DNA from: the human T2T-CHM13v2.0 reference genome, Homo sapiens
Assembly (NCBI RefSeq): GCF_009914755.1
Contig: NC_060927.1
Strand: one strand, 5' to 3'
Length of the DNA stretch: 64,000 nucleotides
In this document: positions 1 through 14,712 of the stretch, piece by piece
How positions within the stretch are numbered: position 1 is the first letter of the stretch
Layout of the letters: the number at the start of each line of letters is the position of its first letter
The notes under the pieces: generated by a model
What the model saw: the letters and a program-made list of their open reading frames with translations, nothing else
The model's database searches: none
Told to the model about the DNA's origin: nothing
Translations under genes and position numbers: made by a program

Positions 1-540
1 CCCAGAAAAGCGATCAGGGCTGATGTAGCTCCACATCACTCACACTTCCTGTGACTTTTGATCCTTGCTATCATCTAAAACAAACAAACATTTCTATAAT
101 TTAATCCCCTTAAATTGTCTTATTGTCTATTTTTTTCATTCAAGTCCCTTAGCAGGCAATCACCTCCATTTCATAGATGGAAAAACTGAGCTCGAAGAGG
201 GTAAAATACACAGAACAGTTAACAGTGAGAGCAGGTAAAAGAGCACGCTTTGTTTCAGTTAACAACATATTCCCCTAAGGAAGCAAGGAATTGGCTATTT
301 GCAATTAACCAGATTTGGGAAGTATATATATGTAATGGGGTGAAAAAAGTTTTATCAGCTAACAACACAATTCTCCTTATGGAGAAAATGGCCCATGGTT
401 AGAAAAATACCTATTTATGAAATAGCAGATTTTGATTTATCCAGAATAATTCAAAATTTTGCCTTTTATCCGAGGGAAATTATTAATACTGTCCACTTTA
501 ACTTTCAAAATTGTTCCAGTTCCTAGGATATAGTCACCCT

Positions 541-545
541 ACTGA

Positions 546-581
<36 letters not shown>

Positions 582-608
582 CTCCACACACACATACACA
601 CCCCACAT
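541..608. repeat. (CT)n microsatellite followed by an imperfect (CA)n tract
   Basis: actgactgac, then a long (TC)n run, then cacacacacatacacaccccaca; directly visible. Confidence 0.9.
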
Positions 609-1622
609 ATAAGCTACCTGAGTAGAGGCAAGTAGGAAGGTGAGATCCTACCCAAGAGTAGCGATTAGCCAAACAGCTCTGCCTTTCATATAAACATGAA
701 TAGAAAGAAGAACAGAAGAGAGAAAAGAAACAAGTAAAATTCAAAGAAAGTAGGCAGATAATGCATGGCTGGGGTACTATGTTGGGATTAATGGTCAAAT
801 TCTCTTCCCAGTAGCAAGGTGGCCAAAGGACTTTTAAGAACAAGGATATATGATTTTCAATTTGAAATTATTTTTGTTGCTACAATATAAAGCCCTCCCT
901 TTCTCCCTCTTCAGTCAAGTCTACCATATATGCAACTGCTTTATGTAAGATTTTTTTTAATACATAGAAATTAAGGAAACCTGAGATCACAGCCAGGGCT
1001 AAGTGACAGAGAACAAAAAGAATACACAAACGACAAATGATAATGCAAAAACTAAAATACAGGGAACCAGAAGGTTAGAGCCAAAGGTGACCACAAACAT
1101 GTAAGTCCCCCAGGAATTCTCAGATTCCTTGGCCTGGTGTGGAACTTTAAGGACAATGTCCTATAATTCTGAAGGAGCAGAAACACCCAGCTCATGCTTG
1201 GGCTTCATAAATAGTGAATGCAATAGGGATTGACAGTTGTTGCTTAATCATAAAAGACAGTCAGTGTTCCTTAATTTTATTCAAAGTTAAACCTATAAGT
1301 ATAAATGTATTCACCAATGTATTAATCTGGAGTCCAGGGTGCTGCTTCTACCATGAGCCTGTTGTTAAGAGTCCTCTATTGTCTTTCTTGTATAAACCAC
1401 AGCCATCATGTAACATCTGATTTCTTTAGATGAAACAAAAAAAAATCTTAATGCAGAATTCTCCTAGACTTTTATGATTTAACTTTTTGCAGATGTTCTG
1501 TCCATTCCTAATTTGATAACAATGCTTATTAACAACTTGTATTTAAATCTTTCCAAAGAAGCTTAGCTTTCATAGAAATGCTTTTTTCTTGCATTAATAT
1601 CCCATCTATTTAGAGGAAGTTT

Positions 1623-2772
1623 ACAGAGCTCAGCTCCCTTCCATAATTGGCACCAAAAGCCTACTGACGTACTCGGGTGCTCCGTGTGCTACCATAGGCC
1701 CTCACGGAAACTATCTGTGGTCACACGCACATCTAGTTTAAACGGGCACCCCTGGCCCACTACCATGGGGCTTGTGCCTGCTAAATAGCCTGCTTGGCTG
1801 CACACCCATCTCCCAGAGTACCTGCACCAAATCAGTGTATGACTGCCATTTACTCACAGTTGCTGGTGTCTCACCGGCATCATGCCAAACAGTCTGTATG
1901 GCTGCCATCAGCCACTTGATTAACATGTGCTCACCTTGCCCTTGTGCCAAGCATTGGCACAGCTGCAGCTGCTGACGAAGGGAGGGGTGAGTTGGGATAG
2001 AGGCCAGCTTCTCCATCTCGGAGGCAGAGCAAGAAATGCTGTCAGCCCCCTCATCCCAAAGACAGAGTAATCAGGGCTGGGAGGGGCTCCCCTGGGTGCT
2101 GCCTGCATTGCCTACCTAATTCCCACAACTCATGGGGGGTATAAACACTATAAGAGGTGTGTTCCACCACTGTGGGGGGCCCCTGGGCTCTCCTCTGGGG
2201 TCCCATCGGCTGCTCATGTTCTACCTTCTGACAGATCACAGGGTGAGCCGGAAGTGGAGCAGCCTCCTCCTTCTCAGCATCAGACCAAACGGGAGTGCCC
2301 GGCCTGGAGGACAGGCTCAAGGTTGCATTCGGAGCTGTTTCCAACGCCTGCTCCAGGCTGTTTATCTGAGCCTCTAAGTGCCCTGCTTGCGCCTGGAGGT
2401 CCTTCACCCCCAGGTTTTGCTCCAAGCTGTGCATTTGGGCTCCCAGGCACTCAACTTATGCCTGAAGGTCCCTTACCTGTGCCATGTCCCACAGAGACTG
2501 AGCATGTACTTCATGTAGTATGGTCAGAAACGCCTATCCAACTCTGCCGGCGAAGGTGCATTTCTTCTTGGTGCTATGAGCTTCCAGCTGCTTCAGTGCC
2601 TTCTCCACACTCGTGGGAGACCCGTCCACTGCCTCCCACATTTCCACTGGGGCCCACCCAAGCAGCACTTCTGCCACTGGGTACCACAGCCCATGTTGCA
2701 GCCACACAGCCAACCTGGGAGCCCCAAGGGCTGAAGACCCACTCACCTCATCCTGCCAACGACTATGCCAAA
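1623..2772 (-). mobile_element. HERV-S/HERVL18-like (class III ERV) internal fragment: leader and decayed gag, joined to a short pol (RT-RNase H linker) piece
   Basis: Minus-strand ORFs 2534-2854, 2051-2434 and 1738-2016 are gag-like (…GPPTVVEHTSYSVYTPHELWELGRQCRQHPGEPL…). The minus strand at ~1625-1738 reads approximately KLDVRVTTD…GLW*HTEHPSTSVGFWCQLWKGAEL, which is pol-like. It follows an LTR and a tRNA-Ser PBS. Confidence 0.75.
2750..2770 (-). other. Retroviral primer-binding site, tRNA-Ser type (with a 3-nt insertion)
   Basis: Minus strand TGGCATAGTCGTTGGCAGGAT versus the tRNA-Ser complement TGGCGTAGTCGGCAGGAT. It lies 2 nt after the LTR end (…ATGACA). Confidence 0.75.
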
Positions 2773-3116
2773 TGTCATGCTCAGGGTCAGGCTCCAGTTC
2801 CAGCTGAGAGCTGAGGAGAGTGGGTGGATGTGGGGCAGGGAGCTGGAAGAACACTCAAGAGACAGCAGGTAGATGAGACACGGCTTTATTCAGCAGCCCC
2901 TTCACAAGGTCAATATTACATTTATACACTACACAGACAGTAGTGGCTGAGAGCCAGGTGGTGAGCTTCTCTATGTTATATCTACATGGCTATGGTTATA
3001 TAAGACACGGGACTGTGCTCTTGCACCCCAAACCCGCTGAGTCATCTAGGCTGTTTACCTTGGCCATGCCTGCTGCCCTATACCTGCTTGGCTGCAGCAC
3101 AGCCATGTTTTTCACA
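2773..3116 (-). mobile_element. LTR18A-like 5' LTR of HERV-S/HERVL18
   Basis: TG…CA termini (TGTGAAAAACATGGCTGTGCTGCAGCCAAGCAGG … GAGCATGACA). Contains TATATAA, AATAAA (plus-strand tttatt ~2885) and an AP-1 TGACTCA. About 344 bp. Confidence 0.75.
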
Positions 3117-3300
3117 GTGCCCCATTTTTTACAGAGGAAAGAGCAAGCTCTGTTATTCTTGGGAGCTTGGTAAGTGGAGGTCACCTTCTAAAAAGCTTCC
3201 TTTGGGTCTACACATAATTTTCCTGAAGGATTAAACAGCTTGCCATTGCAAAGTACATGGAACTCTGGCCCTGCCTTGCTCCCTCTAGCAAATGCATCAC

Positions 3301-3600
3301 TTTTGTTTGTTTGTTTGTTTGTTTTTTGAGACGGAGTCTCGCTCTGTTGCCCAGGCTGGAGTGCAGTGGCACAACTTGGCTCACTGCAACCTCCACCTCC
3401 TGGGTTCAAGCGATTCTCCTGCCTCAGCCTGCCTCCCGGGTAGCTGAGATTACAGGCATGTGCCACCATGCCTAGCTAATTTTGTGTTTTTAGTAGAGAC
3501 GGGGTTTCACCATATTGGCCAGGCTGGTCTTGAACTCCTGACCTCGTGATCCACCCGCCTCGGCCTCCCAAAGTGCTGGGATTATAGGCATGAGCCACCT
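3301..3600 (-). mobile_element. AluS element
   Basis: Reverse-complement Alu dimer with a (TTTG)n tail and AluS-type gggttcaagcgattctcc. Confidence 0.93.
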
Positions 3601-5451
3601 TCCAGATCCCTGTGATCTCCATTCAGTGGGTCCAGAGGCCAGAGAACCACCTCTCCTCGTGGAAAAAATTCACTCCCAATCCTAACTGAATGATCATACT
3701 CAGTGACAGGCTTTGACAGAGGCTCAAATTTCAGTGAAGCCCCATAAAAGAAGCTAGGCTGTACCAAAAGCCAGACAGAAGAGTTCCAGGAGATTCTCAA
3801 CAAAAAGTTGTAACATTTAGTGGTAATGACTAAACGTATGTATTCAGTGTAAATTAAGACTCTCTTCTTCAGCTGGAAAGGGCACAGAGCTAAATCTAAG
3901 AAGCAGTCAAAGCAAATTTTCTCCTAATCGGAAAAGCACAATCATGGTGAAGTAGAGCAGGTAAATGGAGCTAGTGTGTGTAATTGGGATCGTTTTTCTT
4001 TTCCTGCAAACTATGAGAAAGAAAAGGTGGGCATCTGAGGAAAAGGAAGCTAAGACTTCCAGAAGATGACTTTGTTTCTTAACTGAGGACAGGTTAAGCC
4101 TTGATAATTGTCTTGGTAAAGAAAACTGAAGATACCTACAGCCTGGGGAAGGGCCATTTAAAGGGATTTCTGATGTCAAATTCTAAAGTGATAACACTAT
4201 TTCTTTCAAGTTATGGACTTTTAAAGGACTGATATGAATCAATATAAGTAGTTAATAAGCAAGTTTTATAGCTGTACCTAGGTTTCATGTGTCTTTAAAT
4301 TTTACTGATCATATGTATTCTTCATAGAGTGTTTAATAAATTCCACATAGTGGGGAATTTAGTACAAAAGATTATTTTTTTATAAGGGCCAAATTGAGTA
4401 AAATAAATATCCCATTGGTTCTGGTACTCTGCCCCTCACATATGGGCCTTCTAGTCCTCCGTGCCTGAATCAGTTTAATCAGAGACCTAGCACTGCAGGT
4501 AAACCGGCAGCAGACTGAAAACTATATGGAGTATTGCTAACTGACAGAAGGTAGGAGATGTAAAAAGTGACTCAAATTGAACTGGATACTTTGTTGATTT
4601 GTTTTTATATTTAAAAAATACTAAAAGAAGCAAAGAAATGAAACAGAAGTTGCTGTTTGGGGACTGGGGAACAAATACACAAATTTTGTTTTACCTGCCC
4701 CCAACCTTGCCTGACAAATGAAGACTTTGGTTCCAGCCTAGTATTTGTGTTTTGAAGTTGGAAGGTAGATATTAGTGGAGTCTCCACACTTCCCTCTTCT
4801 CTTGTTCTCCCCCAGCTCAAATTCATAGCAAGAAGGCCCATGCTGAGGCCTCTGCAGGAAACCATCAACAGTAGCTGCTAATGGGAAACCTAATGACACT
4901 TTAATGGGACTAGTAAAGCTAAGAGAGTTGTGCAGATAATATTTATAATAGAAGAAAAAAGAAACTATGCACTAAGCGGAAACAGGAGCTGGCCAGCCTG
5001 GCTGGGAACTGTTAAGCCCAATAAAGAAAAAGCTGTAGTCCTAGAGAAAGGACATTTATCACTCCTTTGAAGTGTTCCATTACATCCACTGTAGCTGACA
5101 AACAGAGAGAGTAATAAGGCAACATTCACGGGGCACCATGACATCTCACAGGACACCTGTGCTGAGTAACAAGCAGTAGACTAAGGTTTTTCTTCATTTG
5201 AATTTATGAAACAGTTTTAACCAATAGGAAATAGGCTGGGTGTCCAAGACCTGGACTAAATCCAACTGAAACAAAACATGTTGTCAATCGAATTTAAATA
5301 TGGCCATTGTAGCAGAAGAGCATGGTTCTACAAATCTTTCCCAAGCCCCATTACATCACCTGGTTTTACCAACTAACCCAAATTCATCTTTATAGACTGA
5401 ATATTTCCATCCCACTCATTCTAGTGGTAATAACAAAGCTGAAACTCTAAA

Positions 5452-5830
5452 ATGATGTTTCTCCAACTATAATCCCCAGGTCAGTAACATCAGCATCACC
5501 TGGGAACTTGTGAGAACTCCAAATTCTTGAGCACAATCTCAAGCCTCCAGAAAATCTTGGAGGTAGAACCCAGAATCTGTAGTTCAACAAGCCTTCCAGG
5601 TGATTCTTATACATGCTCAAGTTTGAGAAGCACTGGTCTGTAACACTGGATCTCACACTTAGCTGCATATTGTAATCTTCTATAAAACCCTTTTTTAATG
5701 CTGATGGCTGGTTCCTAATTCCTCTCCCACCTCCAGAGATTCTAATTTAATTGGCACCAGGTGCACCTTAGATGTTTAATTTTTCTTAACTCTCCAGGTG
5801 ATTCTAATGTGTAAGAAAGCATGAAAACTA
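5452..5830. mobile_element. Two adjacent MER5-type (hAT-Charlie) non-autonomous DNA transposon remnants
   Basis: cagcatcacctgggaacttgt…ccaggtgattct…agtttgagaagcactg; a second ccaggtgattctaatgtg near 5795. Confidence 0.7.
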
Positions 5831-6884
5831 CCAGAACATACTCAGAAAATGAAAGTGAACAGCCAACTTGTCATACCTCGGTCAAAAAACAGATAGATAG
5901 TCAACAGATATTCAGAGCCACCGATTATAAAGAGTACTAGAAAAGCTATACTGAGCAACTCAACCATGATTTTCCTTGAGTATACTTCATCAAAAGAGAA
6001 AATAAATTTGCCCACAAAGTCTTAGGCTTGATTTAAGTATAATTTGAGAATTCATGTTTTGTTTTTGCTGGTAGGGAGCTCAGAGGTTAATTTTGTCTTT
6101 AGGAATTTTGTCTCCCCTTTTTAAAGTGCCCAACTCCTGCCTTTTATATCTATTTGAAAGTTCTGTGGCCATGCTTCTCACACTAAAGTACACATGTGCC
6201 CAGGTTATGCCATGGTGTGCTGTAGGATCCAGGAAGCCACGGGTTAAAGGTTGCTCATATATCTGGCAACTCCAATGTATTCAAAGCTAGGTAATTTAAA
6301 ACTTTGTAATATTCATACAAACATTGTGAATTGGAAGGCAACATTCGATCATTCTGGGTTATCCCCACAAAGCCTCCTAAGAACAGTGCCCACCTATTCT
6401 CCTCTGCCATTAGGAGCACCGCACTAGGCAAGTTGAAAAGACGCGAACATTGTATATATGAGCCTTATTGAAAACTGCCTGAAATTATTATGGAAGAAAG
6501 AAAAATATAAATAAATAAAGAGACCTCTTCTATGCATTTGTTCAAAAACAGTTATTAGTATCTCAATATCTCCTCTCCTTCAACCACTGTTCATTCTTTG
6601 GATTATCTCAGACTCCAATACTCCATAAAGAGAAAGGAGCTATTCCCTATTTGATATGATTGATAGATTGATACATATGATTCTACTATGGGAGACATTC
6701 AGGACACCTCCAAAGTATTAATAACAATAAAGTTAACCCCTTGTCTTTCTAAATGAGACCTGACTTTGGGACTAGTTCCAGGTGCATATATCTGTCTCTG
6801 GGAGGACGATGATGGGAGCAGGTCAGAACTTAGTGGTAGAGACACAAGGAAACCCAGCAAGAAGCAAAAAAGAAATAGAGTTGA

Positions 6885-7650
6885 GTCACTGATGATCAAG
6901 GAAATGCCAATCAAAACCACAATGAGATGCCACCTTACTCCTGCAAGAATGGCCATAATTAAAAAACCAAAAAATAATAGATGTTAGCATGGATGCATTG
7001 AAAAGGGAACACTTCTACACTGCTGGTGGGAATATAAGCTAATATAACCACTATGGAAAACAGTGTGGAGGTTCCTTAAAGAACTAAAAGTAGAACTACC
7101 ATTTGATCCAGCAATCCCACTACTGCGTATCTACCCAGAGGAAAAGAAGTCATTATACTAAAAAGATACTTGTACATGCATGTTTATGGGACCACAATTC
7201 ACAATTGCAAAATTATGGAATCAGCCCAAATGCCCATCAATCAACGAGTGGATAAAAAAAATTGTGGTACATATACATACAATGGAATACTACTCAGCCA
7301 TGAAAAGGAGTGAATTAATGGCATTCACAGCAACCTGGGTGGAACTGGAGACTATTATTCTAAGTGAAGTAACTCAGGAATGGAAAACTGAACATTGTAT
7401 GTTCTCACTCATAACTGGGAGCTAAGCTATGAGGATGTAAAGGCATAAGAATGATACAATGGACTTTGGTGACTTGGGGGAAAGGATGGGAGGGGGGTGA
7501 GGGATAAAAGACCACAAATTGGGTTCAGTACATACTGCTGATGTGATGGGTGCACGAAAATCTCAGGCATCACCACTAAAGAACTTACTCATGTAACTGA
7601 ATACCACCTGCTACCCAAAAACTTATGGAAATAAAAAATTGTAAAATAGA
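6885..7650 (+). mobile_element. 5'-truncated L1 (L1PB1-like): ORF2 C-terminus and 3'UTR
   Basis: IKTTMRCHLTPARMAIIKK…; FTIAKLWNQPKCPSINEWIKK…MEYYSAMK…; L1PB-type 3'UTR ending cttatggaaataaaaaa. Confidence 0.9.
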
Positions 7651-9327
7651 ATTTTTTTAAAAGTGTAAAAGTGTTGAAATTGGGATTCCAGGGAAAAACT
7701 TGTAAACATATATAAGGTAAAAGCTTGAGAAAACAGGGCATTCCCACCCTCTTTCACAGGAATGAGAGTAGAGAGTGGAGAATGAGTGACAAAAATCCAA
7801 ATCAGGATTACAACCTCAAGGAAATATTGTCAACATTTTATACAGAATTTTTGTGCCACATTTACACATTTATAACACCCAAAGGGTCTATTGTCCAGTC
7901 TTTCTGCTATACTCCAGGTGAAAAATAGAACTCTGCTTTTCAGAGCTTTTACATTAAAAAAAGAAAAAAAAAAGGTAATAAAATTCCCCATAGAGTTGTC
8001 CCTGTCTCCTAGCTTTTTCTTCTTCACAACCAAGTTTGAGCTTGTGGAATTGGCCTTGTGGGGTGTTTTTTATTTAACTTTTGCTTTAGCAGTGGCACGC
8101 TGCACTGCATTTTGGGGACTTCTCACTTCTGTTGTGTTCCATTGAGGGCAGATGGCGGCACAGATAAGTGCAGCATCCCTTTGGTGTATCAATATTTTAT
8201 GTAAATGCAATTTCTGTCTTTTCCGTCGGAAAAAAAAAATATATATATATATATATAAAGCTCCTAACTATCCTTAGCATTACCTGTTCTAAGCAACAAA
8301 ATAAGCATACCCAGAAAGTTGAGGAGGTGAGCCTCTAACCTTCCACAAACATCACATTTGAGCCAGAGCATGTTAGTACCAGGGAGAAACTCAGTGACCC
8401 TATTCTAACAATAAAAGAATGGGGCACAGAGAGAAAAAAATGAACTCTCAGGACCACACAGCCAGTGAGACCAGAGTCCCAGTCGCTGAGTTAGTTTTCT
8501 TCCCACCCCCACCCCCACCCCGCCCCGCAATCTACCTCATCACGCCCCTGAAATGCCACAGAGCATAACTGGGCTGCAAGCTGCTGTTGCAACCAGCAAA
8601 CAATGATAAAGGAAACAGAACAAAGCCTAACGAGATGGGAAGGATAGGAACGAAGACTTGACACTTGACAAGTGTGGAATGTTGATGCATACACAGGAGG
8701 CAACCAGTGGAACTGCAATAGGTCTTGACTCACAGGCAAGCAACACAAGCAGAGAGCAATAGCAGGGACAGAGAAGCCAAATGAGATTGCACAGGAAGCT
8801 CCAGAGGATGCAGGTGAGGGCCAGGCCCCGGGCAGAGACCCTCTTGCCTGTCTCCTGGTTTGATGCTCCTAGATAAGTCCAAGGTACAAGGCCTGGCACA
8901 TGTGTTCTTGCACCCAGAGAGGTGGAAAGGACAACAGATTCTAGAATATATTCTAGCTTCTCTGTCCTCATCTGTAAAATTGAATCAAATACTCCTGCCA
9001 AGCAAAAATGAAGTGAGACAGATGAACTTCTTTGTAAATTACAAAGAAGGGCAAAATAGCACTTGTCTTTGTCAGTTAGGACTTCTATAAGAAAGTACCA
9101 TAAACTAGGTGGCTTATAAACAACAGACATGTATTCCTCACAGTCCTAGAGGCTGGAGCACCCATCATCAGGGTTCCAGCATGGTCAGATTCTGGTGAGG
9201 GGCCGCTTCGGGTTGCAGGCTGCTGACTTCTCATTGTATCCTTACTTGGAAGAAAGAGGGCTATATAGAGCTCTCATGGGTCCCTTTTTTTTAGGGCACA
9301 AATCCCGTTCATCAAAGCTCCACCCTA

Positions 9328-10021
<694 letters not shown>

Positions 10022-10382
10022 CCCTGCACTCTCATGACCTAATCCCTCCCAAAGTCCTACACTGAAAGGCAAAAATATCTAGGCCTTTAGGGGATTTCTG
10101 ATATAAAGTCCCCAAGTTTAAAAACAGAGAAAGTGCGCTGTGAAACAAGAACAAGCTTTGGAAACAAATAAAGCTGGGTTTTCACAGCAGCTGAGTGACC
10201 TTAGACAAATTACCTAACTTCTCTGAACCTCGTTTCATAGCACACATTAGGAAATTAATAAATTGCAACAATGAATAATAATAATAATAATAAATATGCT
10301 ATGAATAAAGCTCTCTCTGAAAACCAGTCATCTCAGGGCCAGCAAAAATAAAAAATCATTTTCCATGTGTTGACTCTGTTAC

Positions 10383-10744
10383 TGTATTAGTCCGCTTTCA
10401 CACTGCTATAAAGATACTACCTGAGACTGAGTAATTTAGAAACAAAAGAAGTTTAATTGACTCACAGCTCTGCAGGCGGAGAAGGCCTCAGGAAACTTAC
10501 AATCATGGCCGAAGGTGAAGGCGAAGCAGGCACTTTCTTCACAAGGCACAGGAGAGAGAAAAAGCGCAGGGGAAACTGCCATTTTTAAAATCATCAGATC
10601 TCGTGAGAACTCCCTCCCTATAACGAGAACAGCATGGGGGAACCGCCCCCATGATCCAATCACCTCCCACCAGGTCCTGCCCTCACACGTGGGGATTACA
10701 ATTCAAGATGAGATTTGCGGGGGACACAGAGCCAAGCCATATCA
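10383..10744 (-). mobile_element. Solo THE1D/MSTA-like MaLR LTR
   Basis: tgtattagtcc…ccatatca; exact TSD GTTAC at 10378-10382 and 10745-10749. Confidence 0.92.
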
Positions 10745-12644
10745 GTTACCTATTTCAAATCCAATCCCAAATGGGCTTATCTAGATACACCTTTGTCCTG
10801 AAAAGATTTCCCTCTGTCCCCTTCTGACTATCCAGGTGTGGAAGACCAAATATCAGTGACAGTTTAATCTTCAAATCAAGAATAGAAATACAGCTAGAAC
10901 AAAGTGAAAAAGAAAGAGAAAAAATATTCCATCAGAACCATCAGTTTTAACATTAACTAGCTAGCCCGAGAATCAAATATTCAATGCATGATTTTGGAAA
11001 TTGTTTAATAATAACTTGAAATAATTACTTTTATTTGGCTTTCTTTTTATACATGCAAGAAATTAAATGTTCTAGTAAGTCAAAGAAACACAGCTGAAAA
11101 ATAGCAAAAGGCATGTTGGATAGAAATGACAGAAACCACAGTTATCCGATCTGGATCAAAAATATTAAACAAAGAAAAAATACTCATTATTCTGTCAGCT
11201 TTAAGACATTTTCAGCTTGTTCAAACTGGAACACGTCCCCCTGTGGTCTTGTAAAACTCAGTGAATTGGAGTAAAGCAATGTAAGCGGTAGCTTCATCTT
11301 CAAAGATGCCATGTAAAATATACATATTAACAAGCAGGGTTGGTTTTTTTTCCTTTTGTTCTTACCCCTTCTGTTTGTTTCTCTGCTCTGTTCCAAGTAC
11401 TGGCATTTCTTAGTAGTGTAAATATCCACTAGAGTTTACATTTTCCTTCATCCACAATCATCTCCCAACCTTGAAGTTTTCACCACTGCCCTCTTGGGTT
11501 CCTCCAGCGGGGACTGAACTTCCAGAGCCAATAAATTTTTCGAACCTACATCTCTTTCCTCAAAGACAGTACCTGGTAAATAACGCCCAGGTTAAACTGC
11601 TTACATTTAAAAAAGCAAATAAGCCAAAAAGGCATGTTTGTGGGTGTGTGTCTTCATGATTCTCTCTGTAAATTTTTATTGAATAACTGATTAGACCACA
11701 AACAAGCAGAGTCGTAGATCTGAAACAAGGATCTAATGTATAAATTCAAGATTTTACATACACATTTCAAAACTGGAGAGTTACATACACATTTCAAAAT
11801 TTGGGAGTTCCACTACACCATACTATTCCCATTTTGGTGGATTGCTGTAGATAAGATTCGGGATTCCATTCATCTCATCCTGACCACACACCATCCTTTG
11901 CAAAGGGTAGGTGGATGGAGTCAGGAAGCAGGACAAATGTGAAATAAGAGATAGAAGTCCTGGTGATGTCAGCTCTTTGAATTTTAGCTTCCCTTTTCCT
12001 TCCCACCTATGGCTATTGAGGTATGTCTCTCTAAAGGTAAAGTAGCCGTCAAGGGAGTGGTGACACTCAGTATTTCATCCTTTAGAGTACAAATTAGCAA
12101 CCATTTTTGGAGACTCCAAAAATTATGAAAATCTGTATCTCCAGCATTTAGTACAGTGTCTGGTACATTGGAGACCCCCAAAATAATGCCTGTTTAAAAT
12201 AAAAAGGAAACATGCTGAGAGGCCAGAGGGAGCAGACAACCAAGATGTTGGAACCTAGGAAATGGACAAACCCACCAGAGTGGGGCAGTGGACCAAGCTT
12301 TTAGAATTCGACAGCAGAAGTGTATGCAGGTGTTGTGAGCATCATAAGAGTTTGGCATGGGCCACCAGCAGTCAGACAGGGGTCAGGCCTGAAAAAGACT
12401 CACTGCAGCTAGAGGCTGCCTCATGGTGTCTGAGCACCCGGGATAAGACTCCAGGAACTAGGTAAGCACCCTGCTGTGTAGGCCAGGACTTGGAGTAAAG
12501 CTCTCATTGTACAGCTGCTGAAAGAAAAGATAGTGTTCCTTAAATCTCCCTGCCTTTCCTGGAAACATAATTGGCCCTTGAGACCAAAGTGGAGCTGAAC
12601 CTAAAACAACCATATTAACAATAAATACTGATATGGTAGTCACT

Positions 12645-12830
12645 GTGCTGGGTACTATTAAATATATTCACCCTATGAGGTGGGCACTATTATTAATCAC
12701 CTCCATTTTACAGATGAGGAAATGGAGGCACAGAGCCCTTCAGTGCTTGCCCAAGGTCATGCAGCTAATAAATGGCACAGCAGGAATGTGAACCTAGGCA
12801 GCCTGGTGCCAGAGCCCATGTTCTTCACAC
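12645..12830 (-). mobile_element. MIR fragment
   Basis: ccctatgaggtgggcactattatt…ccattttacagatgaggaaatggaggcacagag…cttgcccaaggtca. Confidence 0.75.
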
Positions 12831-12849
12831 CACATCTGCTTCCTTGTAG

Positions 12850-13321
<472 letters not shown>

Positions 13322-13669
13322 CTATAAGAACAATTCAGCAGGGAAAAAGCCCCAAAGGACCTGAGGTTTGCTCATGCAGTGAATTTAAAATTTGCGCATT
13401 ATGACTCAGATGTGAAGAAATGGAGCTTAATTCCCCATACTCTCGAGCCCCCATTTCCATTTGCCTGCCCCTATAAAGCCACCAATCAATCACTTGTGGT
13501 TTAAAACAGTCTCCTTCAGGTGGATGTTCAGGGCCGTCAGGGGTATCCCCTTTATTGTTCTCCCTCCCTTCCCCCAGAGGGTGGACTTAGCTATTGTCCT
13601 AACCCTGGGGAAAGGAGTTCTGGGTGAGGAGTCCTGCCCCACTTACTCCTGGGGAAAAGCTTCTTTAGC

Positions 13670-13832
13670 CTGTCAATATTTCAATTAAAATTAAATAAAT
13701 GAAAAATCAGTTTCTCAGTCACACTGGCCACATTTTAAGTGCTTTATAGCCACGTGTGGCTAATGGCTACCAGAATTGAATAGTACAGACATAGAACAAT
13801 TTGTGTCATCACAGAATATTCTATTGGACAAC

Positions 13833-13835
<3 letters not shown>
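13670..13835. mobile_element. MER3/MER33-like hAT DNA transposon remnant
   Basis: cactggccacattttaagtgctttatagccacgtgtggctaatggctac…tattctattggacaacactg. Confidence 0.7.
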
Positions 13836-13870
<35 letters not shown>

Positions 13871-13900
13871 TGGGTGTCTGGGTGTCTGGGTGTTATGTGT
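13834..13900. repeat. (TG)n microsatellite grading into (TGTCTGGG)n
   Basis: Directly visible. Confidence 0.9.
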
Positions 13901-14712
13901 GTATTCTTGTCTATCTATAGTTTAGTTTCTTTTGAAAATAACAGACACACAATAAAACACATTTATAACAAGACGTTCAAAAGTCAAGTTAGAGATCCAT
14001 GGTTTGCAGAACCAGGTTCTTCCAACTGGTCACAGTGGGATCTTTGAGCAAGCTACCTAGCCTCCCTGAGTCTGCTTCCTTGTCTTTAAAATAGAGAATA
14101 ACACCAGTGCCACAAACCTCACAAGTGGTTGTAGGATCACACGAGATAATGCATCTAGAAGTACTTTCAAATTTTTTAGACAAAATTTAAATTTATCTAG
14201 TGCTATTCCTATTCTAATAAAGAATTACTATTGTATTTTAAAAGGAAAAAAGCTTGTAGCAGAACCCAGACTCATTATATCTCAGGTGCTAAAGGAATTT
14301 GCATCTGTATTTCAGAGCTACTCTGTTAGTATGATAAAATCACAAAGAACAGACATTGTATAAGAAGACTGAATATGGAATAACTCTTAAGTTTTTAAAA
14401 GGAAGAAAAAAATGGTTCTACTAAACTATAGAACAACACATTACTTATCAATTCTCAGAAAATTTAGTGCATACTTTATAAAAAATGATTTCAAAATATT
14501 CAAGACACAATGTATTTGTTAGACTTACTTAATAGGCTATTCATCTGCAGACCAAATAATTTAAAAAATAAAAAATAAAAATAAAGGCAAAAAAGAATTA
14601 CTCACTAAGCTAAAAAACTTTAGGGAAATTGCAAACATAGTATGCCTTGATTTAAGCAAGATATTTAATACCCTCCAATATACCCTTATTGTTTGAATGG
14701 TGAGATGGGGAC

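Noticed and set aside
12400-12470. Exon ending at the donor-like TAG|GTAAGC (12461), and similarly TTG|GTAAGT at ~3170
   Set aside because: Isolated donor-like motifs are common by chance. I found no matching acceptor or reading frame to support them.
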